In this document: in pieces, positions 45,773-57,100 of the stretch
Layout: each line of letters opens with the position of its first letter
Position numbering within the stretch: the stretch's first letter is position 1
Virus record (IMG/VR): IMGVR_UViG_3300042449_000993
Location: 108,992 to 172,991 of that record
From: a virus
Strand: one strand, 5' to 3'
Length of the DNA stretch: 64,000 bases
The notes under the pieces: generated by a model
Seen by the model: the letters and a program-made list of their open reading frames with translations, nothing else
Told to the model about the DNA's origin: nothing
Database searches by the model: none
Translations under genes and position numbers: made by a program

Positions 45773-46217
45773 ATTTAGCGAATTTTTAAAAGAAGAAAAT
45801 GAAGATGTGATCGATACTGATGTTCGTCATCTAGAAGAAAATCTAGATGCATTGAATGCAGAACTCGACACTCTTACCACAAAACCATATCAAAACGCCC
45901 CTTTAATGCTCGCTCAATTGCGTGGAGTATTAGAGCGTTATGGTATTAATCTTCCACAACAAGCAACGCCAAACTTCTTGAATCTATCCGCAGAGTTGGT
46001 TTATACTCTTGGTGATTCAGGAAAGTTTTTATATATCGTTTATGATACAAACGATGATGCTTATGTTGATGGTTATGCTCAAGTTGTTGATGGCGAAGAA
46101 CTATCAATGCTTGCAAGTTCTGATGTTTTAAACACTGATCGCAATTTAATTGCAGTTCGTCATTCAGATTGGTATCGTAAGAGAGATGACGATTCAGGTG
46201 ACGATAGCGAATATTAA
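45765..46217 (+). CDS. putative internal head protein
   Basis: N-terminus MLKFSEFLKEE resembles the T4 capsid-targeting sequence. Confidence 0.6.
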   Translation: MLKFSEFLKEENEDVIDTDVRHLEENLDALNAELDTLTTKPYQNAPLMLAQLRGVLERYGINLPQQATPNFLNLSAELVYTLGDSGKFLYIVYDTNDDAYVDGYAQVVDGEELSMLASSDVLNTDRNLIAVRHSDWYRKRDDDSGDDSEY

Positions 46218-46220
46218 TTT

Positions 46221-46607
46221 ATGTTTGATGATTTAAATGAAGAAAATATATTATTGTATGCAGCAAAAAGTTATGAAAAACCAAACTGCATTCATAGCGA
46301 ATTTGAAGAAGATTATAAGCGCATCAGGTACATCAAGCGATTATTGCAAAGATATCGTTTAACTGGAAAAATAAAAGAGCGATTAATACTAAATCATATT
46401 GTTATTGTACAAAATGTTTTTGGAATTGAAGCCAGTACGAGAATGTTATTCTTTAGAATTGACTGGAGAGACTGGAGCGCATTAAAAACATTTTTAATTT
46501 ATACTTCTGCAATGCCAAATATTGTGAGAGGCATAAGAAGCAAAGATATAATTTCGAGTGATATACCAATCGACGAATATATTGTAAGTATATTGAGAGG
46601 CGTTTAA
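46221..46607 (+). CDS. conserved T4-like protein (DUF7207-like)
   Basis: FDDLNEENILLYAAKSYEKPNC...EF.ED..RI.YIKRLL...ERLILNHI. Confidence 0.75.
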   Translation: MFDDLNEENILLYAAKSYEKPNCIHSEFEEDYKRIRYIKRLLQRYRLTGKIKERLILNHIVIVQNVFGIEASTRMLFFRIDWRDWSALKTFLIYTSAMPNIVRGIRSKDIISSDIPIDEYIVSILRGV

Positions 46608-46621
46608 TACTAGACATACTG

Positions 46622-46650
46622 ATTATAAACTAAAATCAAGTATGAGTCAA
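46622..46650 (-). promoter_or_regulatory. antisense sigma70 promoter
   Basis: Minus strand reads TTGACT (46650-46645), 17 bp, TATAAT (46627-46622) in the intergenic gap. Confidence 0.55.
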
Positions 46651-46665
46651 ATATTGGGGACGGAT

Positions 46666-47931
46666 ATGTTAAATTTTAAAACATTTATTGTAGAAAATTT
46701 CTTGGTAGAGGGTAGAGGCGAAGAAACTGCTCACGGTGGATTTGCCAATGAACACTTTACTGTCAATCATATTAACGAATATGTCAAACATGTCAGTTCT
46801 GGCGGTTCTCATGAAAGCGGATTGAAGAAAATTAAAGGTGCCAAATTTGACAAAGGCGCATATAAAAGTGGACACCCAATTAAAAACGCAATTGATGCGA
46901 TTGGACATAAGCAAGTAGAATCCATTCACGAAGATTCTAAAGACACTGCGCATGCAATCATTAATCATCTCAGAGATAATTATGGATCAAATGTGACAAA
47001 CTCTCATCATGTTGGTAAAGTCGGTGCTGCTGGTGTAGAAGAAGTTAAGAAATTGACTGGTAAGGCTTCAAATGCTGACGTAGTTCTTTCTACAAAACAT
47101 CCAAAGAAAGGGGCAGGTCATGCTCTTGCTCACTTGGAGCATGTTGGTGCTTCTTTAAAATACTCAAAGAGTGAAAAAGAAGGTAGTATTAAAATTCACT
47201 CACCTAGCATCTCAAATATGGCTAAGATAGTTGATGATCATCATGAACAGATGCATCAAAAATCTGCAGGTGTTTTAAAAGGCGTTGAAGATGCAGTTAA
47301 GAAGGGTGTTGAAGAGCAAAGAAATATTGTAAAGAAACACGCAAAAACATTAGAAACTCATTTCAAAAGCAAAGAGTTTTTACAGAATAAAGATAAAAAG
47401 CACGTTAAGAAATATCTTGGCAAAGTTGGATCTGCAGAAGATTATAAAAGCGGCAATTTAAATAAGGCTGGCATCAGTTATATCAATAAGAATGAAAAGA
47501 TGAAGCCAATTTATGATGAGATGAAAGCAGCAAATTTAAAAATGAAACAAAACGTTGCTGGACATCTTCACAGAGGAATTGCTGCTGTTTTAGATCATAA
47601 ATCAAAAAATCCTAATCATGCTAAGATCAAAGAATCATTAACACGTTCTATTGGAAACGTTCATTCACCAGAAAAGTCTGGATCTCTTCCAACATTCTTA
47701 GTTTCTACTGATCGCAGTAGAGGTGTGAAGATTCATGATATTACAAATCACTTTGCAAAACATTTTAGTGGAGCAGACCCGCATAAACATTCTTTCACTA
47801 AAGGATCTTCAACTTTTAGAGTTGGTCCAACAAATATTGCTATTGACGCAAGACCATCAACTAGTGCAAGAGCTCCATTAAATAATCCAGTTAATGTTTC
47901 AATTTCTGCAGCAGATCTTAAGAAAAAATGA
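46666..47931 (+). CDS. His/Lys-rich putative internal protein, possible PD-(D/E)xK nuclease
   Basis: CTS-like MLNFKTFIVENFLVE; GFANE...SNADVVL...GASLKYS. Confidence 0.5.
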   Translation: MLNFKTFIVENFLVEGRGEETAHGGFANEHFTVNHINEYVKHVSSGGSHESGLKKIKGAKFDKGAYKSGHPIKNAIDAIGHKQVESIHEDSKDTAHAIINHLRDNYGSNVTNSHHVGKVGAAGVEEVKKLTGKASNADVVLSTKHPKKGAGHALAHLEHVGASLKYSKSEKEGSIKIHSPSISNMAKIVDDHHEQMHQKSAGVLKGVEDAVKKGVEEQRNIVKKHAKTLETHFKSKEFLQNKDKKHVKKYLGKVGSAEDYKSGNLNKAGISYINKNEKMKPIYDEMKAANLKMKQNVAGHLHRGIAAVLDHKSKNPNHAKIKESLTRSIGNVHSPEKSGSLPTFLVSTDRSRGVKIHDITNHFAKHFSGADPHKHSFTKGSSTFRVGPTNIAIDARPSTSARAPLNNPVNVSISAADLKKK

Positions 47932-48293
47932 AATCATTTAAAGAATTCATAAAAGAAGATGCACCAGCAAATGCAATGGGCGCAGCAGGAATCAGTAGCG
48001 CAGGCACCGCTGTAAATGTTGGAATTGCAGGATTTGATCCTGTGATGGGGAAAATGCTTCGCCGAAAGAAACCAGCAATGTTTGGTGGAAAAAGAGTTTT
48101 TAAAGTTCCTTCTGATCGTTATCAAAAAGCATTACAAGGAAAAAAGAAATTTAAACATTATTCAAGTTATGTGGGACGCGATGAACTTGGTGAAGAAATT
48201 CAATCATATATTCGCGAAAATCCAGAAGCTCCAGTGATTCTTGAAGATGAAGTGACAGGAGCAATGTTGTTCTTAAAATACGGAAAGAGGTAA
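47928..48293 (+). CDS. putative internal head protein
   Basis: MKSFKEFIKE-DAPANA; C-terminal VILEDEVTGAMLFLKY. Confidence 0.65.
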   Translation: MKSFKEFIKEDAPANAMGAAGISSAGTAVNVGIAGFDPVMGKMLRRKKPAMFGGKRVFKVPSDRYQKALQGKKKFKHYSSYVGRDELGEEIQSYIRENPEAPVILEDEVTGAMLFLKYGKR

Positions 48294-48296
48294 ACA

Positions 48297-48539
48297 ATGA
48301 AAGCAGTAATTTTTGCTGTAACTGCTTTATTATTAGTTGGATGTGAGGATACATATAGATATCCATGTCAAGATCCTGCAAATAAGGATAAGGCAGAATG
48401 CAATCTTCCAGCATGTGAAGCCGATGGATTTTGCTACGATAAATTGAATGGCTTACAACAAGAAACTGTTGTGATTGAAGAACAACAACCTTGCAATAGT
48501 GAAACGACTGAAACAACTAGTGAAGAAATAGGAGAATAA
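48297..48539 (+). CDS. lipoprotein in the lysis module
   Basis: Lipobox LLVGC; YRYPCQDP.N...C..P.C...G.C. Confidence 0.65.
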   Translation: MKAVIFAVTALLLVGCEDTYRYPCQDPANKDKAECNLPACEADGFCYDKLNGLQQETVVIEEQQPCNSETTETTSEEIGE

Positions 48540-48541
48540 TT

Positions 48542-48889
48542 ATGTTTAAGGGTCCACGTTATACTGAAACTGAATTGATGGCTCGATTGAAATTTACGGT
48601 CGGTCTATCATTGGCATTTACATTGACAGGAATTGTGTTTGTAGTTCTCTACTCACTTATCTTTGTTACACAGCCAATGCAACAATCACCAAACGACGCA
48701 AAGTTTTTTGAGTTGATTACGCCAATTGCTACTTTCTTAACTGGTATTCTTTCAGGTATTATGTTGGGTAAGAACGAAAAAGAAAATGCTCCCCCAACAG
48801 CACCTACACCAGAAGCAACAAAACCAGAAGATTTATTGCCAGAACCTGTAAAGGAAATGGTTGAAGAAGTACAAGATCATATTGCTTGA
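48542..48889 (+). CDS. two-TM membrane protein (holin candidate)
   Basis: Two hydrophobic helices; immediately upstream of the endolysin. Confidence 0.55.
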   Translation: MFKGPRYTETELMARLKFTVGLSLAFTLTGIVFVVLYSLIFVTQPMQQSPNDAKFFELITPIATFLTGILSGIMLGKNEKENAPPTAPTPEATKPEDLLPEPVKEMVEEVQDHIA

Positions 48890-48897
48890 GGTGGGTC

Positions 48898-50103
48898 ATG
48901 AGTTTAAAAGCACTTCAACAAAAGATCGGAGTGACGGCTGACGGTGCGTGGGGTCCAGGAACTCTACGTGCTGCTGCTGCATTCTACAAATTATCACCTG
49001 CTAGAGCAGCGCACTTCTTTGGTCAAACTTCTCACGAAACTGGTGGATTCAAAGCATTTAGCGAGAATCTAAATTATGGTGCCAAAGGTTTGATGGGAAT
49101 ATTCAAAAAGTATTTTCCAGATGCTGCGACTGCTGCCAAATATGAAAGAAAACCAGAAGCCATTGCAAATCGTGTGTATGCAAATCGCATGGGCAATGGT
49201 CCAGAAAGTTCAGGTGATGGTTGGAAGTATCGCGGTCGTGGTGCATTACAATTAACAGGCAAATCTAATTACGAAGCGTTTGCGAAATACTGCAATCGCC
49301 CAGATGTGATGACAAATCCTGATTTGGTTGCAGGTGAACTTGCATTCGAATCAGCAATGTTCTTTTTCGAACGAAACAAACTTTGGAGCATTTGCGATCA
49401 AGGAGTGACTGATGCTGCGATATTATCCATTAGTAAGAAAGTTAATGGTGGCACACACGGCTTGGAAGATCGCAAGAATAAGACGAAAACGTACTTCGCG
49501 CAGTTAAGTGCTCCTGCTGGTGCTGCTCCGAAAGTTGTGACACCAACAGCATCAAAGGGCATTGTTGTTCCACCTCCTGCGCAACTAGCCGCAGCAGCAA
49601 AACCAGCAGCAATCACTTCAGTTAAACCAGATATGCAGCTGACGGAACATTTTAATCTTAAAGAGTTTACCAAATCAGAAACTGCAACTCGCAAAAGAAT
49701 TGATAATACTCCAAATGCAGCACACGCAGAGAATTTAAAGAATGTATGTGAAAAAATACTTGAGCCTGTTCGCCGTCATTTCGGTAAGCCTGTGCGCATC
49801 AATAGTGGGTATCGTGGACCAGCACTTAATGCTGCCGTTGGCGGTTCTAGTAAGTCTCAGCATTGCAATGGCGAAGCGGTAGATTTTGAAATCGACGGAC
49901 TTCCAAATCCAGATCTTGCCAAATGGGTTGCAGAAAACTGCGAGTTTGATCAAATCATTCTTGAATTCTATGATCCAAAAGAAGGACCAAATAGCGGTTG
50001 GGTGCATGCGTCAGTTAAAAGAGACGGAAGCAATCGTAAACAAAAGATGACTGCGGTTACAGTCAACGGAAAAACAGTGTATAAGCCAGGATTTGTTGTA
50101 TGA
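48898..50103 (+). CDS. endolysin: short PG-binding motif, GH19 lysozyme domain and peptidase M15A domain
   Basis: LQQKIGVTADGAWGPGT; HETGGF..ENLNY, RGRGALQLTGKSNY, VNGG; Ala/Pro linker; HFNLKEF, INSGYR, SQHCNGEAVD, WVHAS. Confidence 0.88.
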   Translation: MSLKALQQKIGVTADGAWGPGTLRAAAAFYKLSPARAAHFFGQTSHETGGFKAFSENLNYGAKGLMGIFKKYFPDAATAAKYERKPEAIANRVYANRMGNGPESSGDGWKYRGRGALQLTGKSNYEAFAKYCNRPDVMTNPDLVAGELAFESAMFFFERNKLWSICDQGVTDAAILSISKKVNGGTHGLEDRKNKTKTYFAQLSAPAGAAPKVVTPTASKGIVVPPPAQLAAAAKPAAITSVKPDMQLTEHFNLKEFTKSETATRKRIDNTPNAAHAENLKNVCEKILEPVRRHFGKPVRINSGYRGPALNAAVGGSSKSQHCNGEAVDFEIDGLPNPDLAKWVAENCEFDQIILEFYDPKEGPNSGWVHASVKRDGSNRKQKMTAVTVNGKTVYKPGFVV

Positions 50104-50729
50104 TAGAAAATTATATTAATCGTGTTGCAATGGCAATTGATAATGCAATGAACGATGTTACTAAATTGCCACAATCTGTGTTTACCATTCCTGGTATGTC
50201 ATCAAGAGAAAATCGAATATTATTAAATGAATTGATTAAAGAAGATGATAAATACCTAGAAATAGGAGTACATAAAGGTTCTACTTTTGTTTCTGCGATG
50301 TATAATAATAACGCAACTGCTGTTGCAATTGACAATTTCTCGCAGTTTGGAAATTATGAGGAAAATAAAAGATGGTTTGATCAGTCTTGTAATGAACATA
50401 ATATATCTAATTTTACCTTTATTAATGCAGACTGTTTTAATTTAAGTGAAGAGCAGAAAGAAATTGTTAAAGGAACAAATGTATATTTTTATGATGGAGA
50501 TCACAGGGCTGAAGATCAAGAAAACGCATTAACATATTATCTTGATTTACTTACAAATCAATTTATTTTTATTGTCGACGATTGGAATCATGAGCCTGCA
50601 AAAAATGGAACACAAATTGGATTAAATAAATGTGGTCTTAAAGTACATAAAGAGTGGATATTAACAAATCACACTACTTCGAAAAATTGGCATAATGGAT
50701 TATACGTTGCGGTTTTAGAGAAAACATAA
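50100..50729 (+). CDS. class I SAM methyltransferase (Methyltransf_24-like)
   Basis: YLEIGVHKGST, IDNFS, FYDGDH, IVDDWN. Confidence 0.8.
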   Translation: MIENYINRVAMAIDNAMNDVTKLPQSVFTIPGMSSRENRILLNELIKEDDKYLEIGVHKGSTFVSAMYNNNATAVAIDNFSQFGNYEENKRWFDQSCNEHNISNFTFINADCFNLSEEQKEIVKGTNVYFYDGDHRAEDQENALTYYLDLLTNQFIFIVDDWNHEPAKNGTQIGLNKCGLKVHKEWILTNHTTSKNWHNGLYVAVLEKT

Positions 50730-50738
50730 GAGAAATAA

Positions 50739-51128
50739 ATGTCAGCATTAACAAATAACAAATATAATCTAGAAATGTGGCAGGGTGCCACATTTTCAAT
50801 GACCGTTACTGTCAAAGATGCCAACGCAAACGTCCAGAATTTATCTGGATATACTGCGAGAATGCAAATTCGCACAAGTTATGGTGCAGGATCAGCAACT
50901 GAATCACTCACTACTTCTAATGGTGAAATCACCATCACTGCAGCAGAGGGCAACGTTGCACTAGAACTCGCAGCAACAAGAACTGCGAATATTCCTGTTG
51001 ATTTAAACAGTGATGGAAAGCCACCAAAGACGGTTTATGTTTATGATTTAGAATTGGTTGATGGTAATGGTAAAGTTTCAAAACTTCTTTATGGCGATGT
51101 GAATGTTTATGCTGAGGTCACTCGCTAA
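50739..51128 (+). CDS. putative virion/fibre-associated beta-sandwich protein
   Basis: WQGATF...[12 protein letters not shown]...YVYDLEL...LLYG...EVTR; directly precedes the fibre genes. Confidence 0.6.
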   Translation: MSALTNNKYNLEMWQGATFSMTVTVKDANANVQNLSGYTARMQIRTSYGAGSATESLTTSNGEITITAAEGNVALELAATRTANIPVDLNSDGKPPKTVYVYDLELVDGNGKVSKLLYGDVNVYAEVTR

Positions 51129-54100
51129 TGTCAGATTATGTAGTTGTAACATCTACAAGTAACACAGTAACCGTAGTAAATCAACCAACTAATATCGTTG
51201 TTGGTGATTCAGCAATGCGTGGCGCTCCTGGACCATCAGGTCCGCAAGGAGCACTAACTCCATGGGCAATCAAAACTTCAAATTATACAGCAATTAATGG
51301 TGATCGATTAATTGCAAATACAACTACTGGCGCAGGTTCATTTACAATCACATTACCAGCATCTCCAGTTAGTGGAGATTATGTTGTTATTTCTGATGGT
51401 GGAAATTGGGGTGCAAATAATTTAACTGTTGCGCGCAATGGATCTACAATTGAAGGTGTTGCTGACGACATTCTTTTAAACTTGAAAGGCGTCACTGTAG
51501 AATTTATCTACAATCAAACAACTTGGGAAGTTACAGCAACAACAGGTGCACGTGGTCCATCTGGTGCAACTCAAAACTTACAATCAATTAGTGGTCATGT
51601 GATTCCATCAGAAGCAATCACATATGATCTTGGTTCTGCTGAGAAACCATGGCGTGATTTGTATTTAAGTGAAGATACAATTTATTTCAACTCCAGAGGT
51701 ATCGGTTCTGGTGGAATAAAATTTAGAGTTAAAAGAAATGGTGGAACAAGCCCACCGTATTTCGAAATTATTGATGCGAATAATTCGAATGCACAAACAA
51801 ATACTGCTATCTTCACATCAAATTGTTGCAACGTCAATGTAATGGCGAATGGATCGTCGACGGTTGACACGCTCAATTTGAATTTTGTAAACACATCTAC
51901 AATAACTGTAAATGTAACAAGAAGTGGCGCAAACGCAAATATTGCATTCACGACAACTGCAGGTGCCGCTGGTCCTTCTGGTCCACAAGGTTCAGCTGGA
52001 TCAACTGGTCCATCGGGTCCATCGGGTGCAACTGGTCCTTCTGGTCCTTCTGGCAATGCTAATGCAACAGCAGCAGGAAATACAAGCGAAGTTCAATTTA
52101 AAGCATCAAATGGTTCTTTTGATGCAACAGGAAAATATCTATTCTATAAAGAAAATGTGACATTGCAGACAAACATCACAATGGGCAATGTGATGACTGT
52201 AAATGGAAATACTTGGGTGTCAAGTAATTCTTTCCATGGACAACTCAGCAATACTCAACAATTCTCTAGAACATTTTATGCTGATTCTGGAACCTCTGTT
52301 TATTATGGAGCAAATATTAGCCCTGCTTTCGTTGTTGTAAACGAAAAACCAGTAAAAAAAGAAGCAATGATTCTTGGCAGAGGATTGTCGCCACAATACG
52401 CAATTTCTATTTGTGATGAGACTAGTGTTAATACCAACGACATTGCGAATAATTGGAACCAGCTGCGGGCTGCATATCCATCTTTAATTTTCAACTTGCT
52501 TCAACCGCTAGGTCCACCATCAGCTGCAGTTAGAGCAGACTTAAAAATTCCTGCATCGTTCGATGCTGATCCAAGAGCGTTTTATTATCAAGTTAACAGA
52601 GATACAGGTAATCAGCCCCCAAATACATCAAATTATCTGGAAATAACAAATATTCCAAATGATTCAACTGTGTATTACGTTATTGATAATTCTGGCAGTA
52701 TGGGAAATGGAAATATTATAGACTCTATATCATTGTTGAATTCAACCGCTGCCACAAAGAATATTTCTCTAGTTTATTTGGGTGATCAAACAACTGAAGA
52801 TTGGCCAGGTTGGTTTAAAGACGCTCTTAACGCAGAATTTGATTCTGCTGCTAACGTTGATATTTGGCAAATCTCAACATATAAAGACGCAAATGCTAAT
52901 TTAACAATTTCGACAGGCAATGAATCAGAGTGGACACCACTTATAAGAACTGATTCGCTTGGAACGACTTATGCAAATAACATTCATGTATATACAAAGT
53001 CATACTTGAATACTAATGCAAACGTCACGATTCTTGGTGGATCAAATGGTCAACATTTGACAACAGATGGCACTGGAAATTTAAGATGGAGCACTGGAAC
53101 AGCAGGAGCGCAAGGAGCGCAGGGTCCATCAGGTCCACAAGGTCCTTCTGGTCCACAAGGTGCTGCATCTACTGTTTCTGGTCCGCAAGGTCCACAAGGT
53201 GATCCAGGTGGTCCATCTGGTCCACAAGGTCCGCAAGGGGCGCAGGGTCCATCAGGTCCACTAGGATTAACTGGTCCTTCTGGTCCACAAGGTGTTCAAG
53301 GTAATGTTGGTGCACAAGGTCCGTCTGGACCGCAGGGAATTGGTCCTTCTGGTCCTCAAGGTGCTCAAGGTTCTCAAGGTGCAACTGGTGATGCAAATAC
53401 CATCACAACAACCAATGAATCCTCTGCAACTCTATATCCTGTAATGGTTGGTGCTATCGGTTCATCTCAAGTAGCCAAAGCCAATTCAAAATTAAAATTT
53501 GTCACTGCGAACAATGCTTTGATTGTTGGTAACTCTGCCATTTCTGTACTTGAAGGTTATGGAAGTCTCGCAGTATTTGGAACTGGATATGCCAATGACA
53601 CGGTTGTGTTTGGTAATGGTACTCAGTATCAATTGCTCGAATTCATGTGCGGTTATGCTCTAACAAATAGTACAATTGGTGGTGTTCCTGACGCAAACAC
53701 TATGACGATTAGATCATCTGGTGAAAATGCAGGTAATCTTGCTTTTGCAACAGGAAATGAAGAGCAAGTGCGCATAGATAGAAATGGAAACGTTGGAATT
53801 AAGATTGTAAGTCCAGTCTACACGCTGCATGTAAATGGAAATATTCATGCAACTGGAACCGTCACTGAATCATCCGATGTTAGATATAAAACAAATATTA
53901 TCACTATTGAAAATCCGTTAAATAAAGTATTGTCATTGCGTGGTGTAAACTATAATCGAATTGAAGCAAATAACACAATTTCAAATGATACCTTTATGGG
54001 TGTAGTTGCTCAAGAAGTTATGAATGTTATTCCTGAAGTTGTTAGCGGAAATGAAGAGATTGGATATTCAATTTCTTATGGAACCATGGTTGCATTATTA

Positions 54101-54175
54101 ATCGAAGCAATCAAAGAGCAAAACAGAAAAATTAGTGAACTAGAAAATCTAGTTATTAGTTTAAGAGATAATTAA
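51128..54175 (+). CDS. tail fibre protein with gp34-like repeat, collagen segments and C-terminal S74 chaperone
   Basis: [26 protein letters not shown]; G-X-Y runs; [10 protein letters not shown]...LIEAIKEQ coiled coil. Confidence 0.85.
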   Translation: MSDYVVVTSTSNTVTVVNQPTNIVVGDSAMRGAPGPSGPQGALTPWAIKTSNYTAINGDRLIANTTTGAGSFTITLPASPVSGDYVVISDGGNWGANNLTVARNGSTIEGVADDILLNLKGVTVEFIYNQTTWEVTATTGARGPSGATQNLQSISGHVIPSEAITYDLGSAEKPWRDLYLSEDTIYFNSRGIGSGGIKFRVKRNGGTSPPYFEIIDANNSNAQTNTAIFTSNCCNVNVMANGSSTVDTLNLNFVNTSTITVNVTRSGANANIAFTTTAGAAGPSGPQGSAGSTGPSGPSGATGPSGPSGNANATAAGNTSEVQFKASNGSFDATGKYLFYKENVTLQTNITMGNVMTVNGNTWVSSNSFHGQLSNTQQFSRTFYADSGTSVYYGANISPAFVVVNEKPVKKEAMILGRGLSPQYAISICDETSVNTNDIANNWNQLRAAYPSLIFNLLQPLGPPSAAVRADLKIPASFDADPRAFYYQVNRDTGNQPPNTSNYLEITNIPNDSTVYYVIDNSGSMGNGNIIDSISLLNSTAATKNISLVYLGDQTTEDWPGWFKDALNAEFDSAANVDIWQISTYKDANANLTISTGNESEWTPLIRTDSLGTTYANNIHVYTKSYLNTNANVTILGGSNGQHLTTDGTGNLRWSTGTAGAQGAQGPSGPQGPSGPQGAASTVSGPQGPQGDPGGPSGPQGPQGAQGPSGPLGLTGPSGPQGVQGNVGAQGPSGPQGIGPSGPQGAQGSQGATGDANTITTTNESSATLYPVMVGAIGSSQVAKANSKLKFVTANNALIVGNSAISVLEGYGSLAVFGTGYANDTVVFGNGTQYQLLEFMCGYALTNSTIGGVPDANTMTIRSSGENAGNLAFATGNEEQVRIDRNGNVGIKIVSPVYTLHVNGNIHATGTVTESSDVRYKTNIITIENPLNKVLSLRGVNYNRIEANNTISNDTFMGVVAQEVMNVIPEVVSGNEEIGYSISYGTMVALLIEAIKEQNRKISELENLVISLRDN

Positions 54176-54180
54176 AAATA

Positions 54181-57100
54181 ATGACTCAAAATTTAACAGA
54201 TATCTTATCATCATCCTTGCCAGTTGGTCCATCTGGTCCGCAAGGCATTGGTCCATCGGGTCCACAAGGTGTGAGTGGTCCTCAAGGCGCACAGGGCGAT
54301 CCAGGCGGTCCTTCTGGTCCATCTGGTCCTCAGGGAGCGCAAGGTTCAGCATCAACAGTTTCTGGTCCACAAGGTGCGCAAGGTGCACAAGGCGTAAGTG
54401 GTCCATCTGGAGCTCAAGGTGCAACTGGTGCTGCTTCAACAGTTTCTGGACCACAGGGTGTTTCTGGTCCAAGTGGTCCACAAGGTGCGCAGGGTTCTGC
54501 ATCAACAGTTTCTGGTCCATCTGGTGCACAGGGTGCGCAGGGTGTTTCTGGACCACAAGGAGTTTCTGGACCACAAGGTGTTTCTGGTCCATCTGGCGCA
54601 CAGGGTGTTTCTGGACCACAAGGTGTTTCTGGACCACAAGGTCCACAAGGTGATTTAGGTCCATCTGGTCCAAGTGGTCTACAAGGCACTCAAGGTTCTA
54701 TTGGTGAAACTGGTGCTCAAGGTCCATCTGGTCCTCAAGGAGAACAAGGTGTCAGTGGTCCACAAGGCGAGCAGGGTGTCAGTGGTCCGCAAGGTGTTTC
54801 TGGTCCACAAGGCGAGCAGGGTGTCTCTGGTCCATCTGGTCCACAAGGAAACACTGGCATAAGAGGTCCTCAAGGTGCACAAGGTGTAAGTGGACCACAA
54901 GGTCCATCTGGTCCACAAGGTGTTTCTGGTCCAAGTGGTCCACAAGGTGAACAAGGAGTTTCTGGTCCTCAAGGTCCATCTGGTCCTCAAGGAGAGCAGG
55001 GTGTCAGCGGTCCACAAGGTCCACAAGGAGAACAAGGCGTCTCTGGTCCTCAAGGCGAACAAGGCGTTTCTGGTCCTCAAGGTCCACAAGGAGCACAAGG
55101 TGTAAGTGGACCACAAGGTCCATCTGGTCCACAAGGTGAACAAGGAGTTTCTGGACCTCAAGGTCCTCAAGGCGATTTGGGTCCATCTGGTCCAAGTGGT
55201 CCACAAGGTGTCTCTGGTCCGCAAGGTCCAATTGGTGACAGATACGAAACAACAAGTAACACATCATTAACTGTTGGAACAGGAACAAAAACATTAAACG
55301 TCGAAACTGGACTTGCATATTCTCTTGCTCAAGTTGTTCGTATCGCAAACACTGCCTCCATTTATATGGAAGGTGCTGTATCTTCTTACAATTCTGGCAC
55401 AGGATCACTATCAGTTGAATCAACTGTAACAAGTGGATCAGGAACTTATAATGTTTGGGAAGTAAATCTTGCTGGTGCAACTGGCGCAACAGGTGCTCAA
55501 GGTCCATCTGGTCCTCAAGGCGAACAAGGCGTTTCTGGTCCTCAAGGTCCACAAGGAGCACAAGGTGTAAGTGGACCACAAGGTTCTCAAGGTGCTGCTT
55601 CTACTGTTTCTGGACCACAAGGTCCACAAGGGGCGCAAGGAGTTTCTGGACCGCAAGGAGTAAGTGGTCCTCAAGGTGTTTCTGGTCCACAAGGTGCGCA
55701 AGGAGCACAAGGTGTTTCTGGTCCACAAGGCGTGAGTGGTCCTCAAGGTCCGCAAGGTGCGCAAGGTGTCAGCGGTCCACAAGGAGTATCAGGTCCTTCT
55801 GGTCCACAGGGTGTTTCTGGACCACAAGGTGTTCTTGGTTCAAGAGTTTATACTGTTGACGCATTTGGAACGAGCAATTATCTCATCAATGGATCAAATG
55901 ATCCAACGCTTTATTTGCTTCGTGGGTTTTTGTATGAGTTTGAAGTTAATGCAAGTGGGCAACCATTTTGGATTAAGACAGCGCAAACAACAGGAACAGG
56001 AGATGCGTATAATACTGGTGTGACAAATAACGGTGATGATGTTGGTACAATTATTTTCCGTGTACCATATGATGCACCAAGCACACTTTATTATATTTCT
56101 GAAAATTCTGCATCGATGACTGGTGTCATTTCAATTAGTGACATTGGTCCTTCTGGTCCATCTGGTCCTCAAGGTGTTTCTGGACCGCAAGGAGTAAGTG
56201 GTCCTCAAGGTCCACAAGGAGCACAAGGCGTCAGCGGTCCACAAGGTCCGCAGGGTGCGCAAGGTGTTTCTGGTCCACAAGGTCCTCAAGGCGCACAAGG
56301 AGTTTCTGGTCCTCAAGGTGTTTCTGGTCCACAAGGTCCGCAAGGTGCACAAGGCGTTAGTGGTCCATCTGGTCCAAGAGGTGTGACTGGTCCACAAGGT
56401 CCACAAGGTGCACAAGGAGTTTCTGGACCATCTGGGGCTCAAGGTGTGAGTGGTCCATCTGGTCCATCAAGCACAACAATCACATCAACTGATACACCAA
56501 GTGGTGGAACTCTCTATCCTGTAATGGTTGATGGATTAACCAGCGCAACACCAAGAGTTACAACAACTAAATTTAATTTCAATTCAACATCTGGTCAATT
56601 AACGTCAAATAGCATGAATTTGATGCAATCATCAAATGGTCAAGCACTAATAATGGCGAACACCACTGGTGCAACCTTCATGACGATGTTGAGTGCAGGT
56701 TCTGGCTCAACACCAGTTCCAACAACTACAGTTGGAGCTGGACCAATTAGCATAGTAAGCGGTTCTGCATCAAACGACTTTACTGTGAATATGAGCACAG
56801 GTGGATGGTTTAATTTTGCTTGGAATGGGCAAATTGAAGCATACATGAATTCAAGCGGATTGGTGATGATGGGCAATTACATCAATCTAGATGGTGGTCA
56901 ATTAAGACAAAACGGAGTTGCCATCATTGATTCTGCGGGTAATTGGGTTGGACCATCAACAGGACTTATTGGACCAACTGGTCCTCAAGGAGCACAAGGT
57001 CCATCTGGTCCACAAGGAGCAACTGGTGCCACTGGCGCACAAGGTCCATCTGGTCCACAAGGAGCAACTGGTGCCACTGGCGCACAAGGTCCATCTGGTC

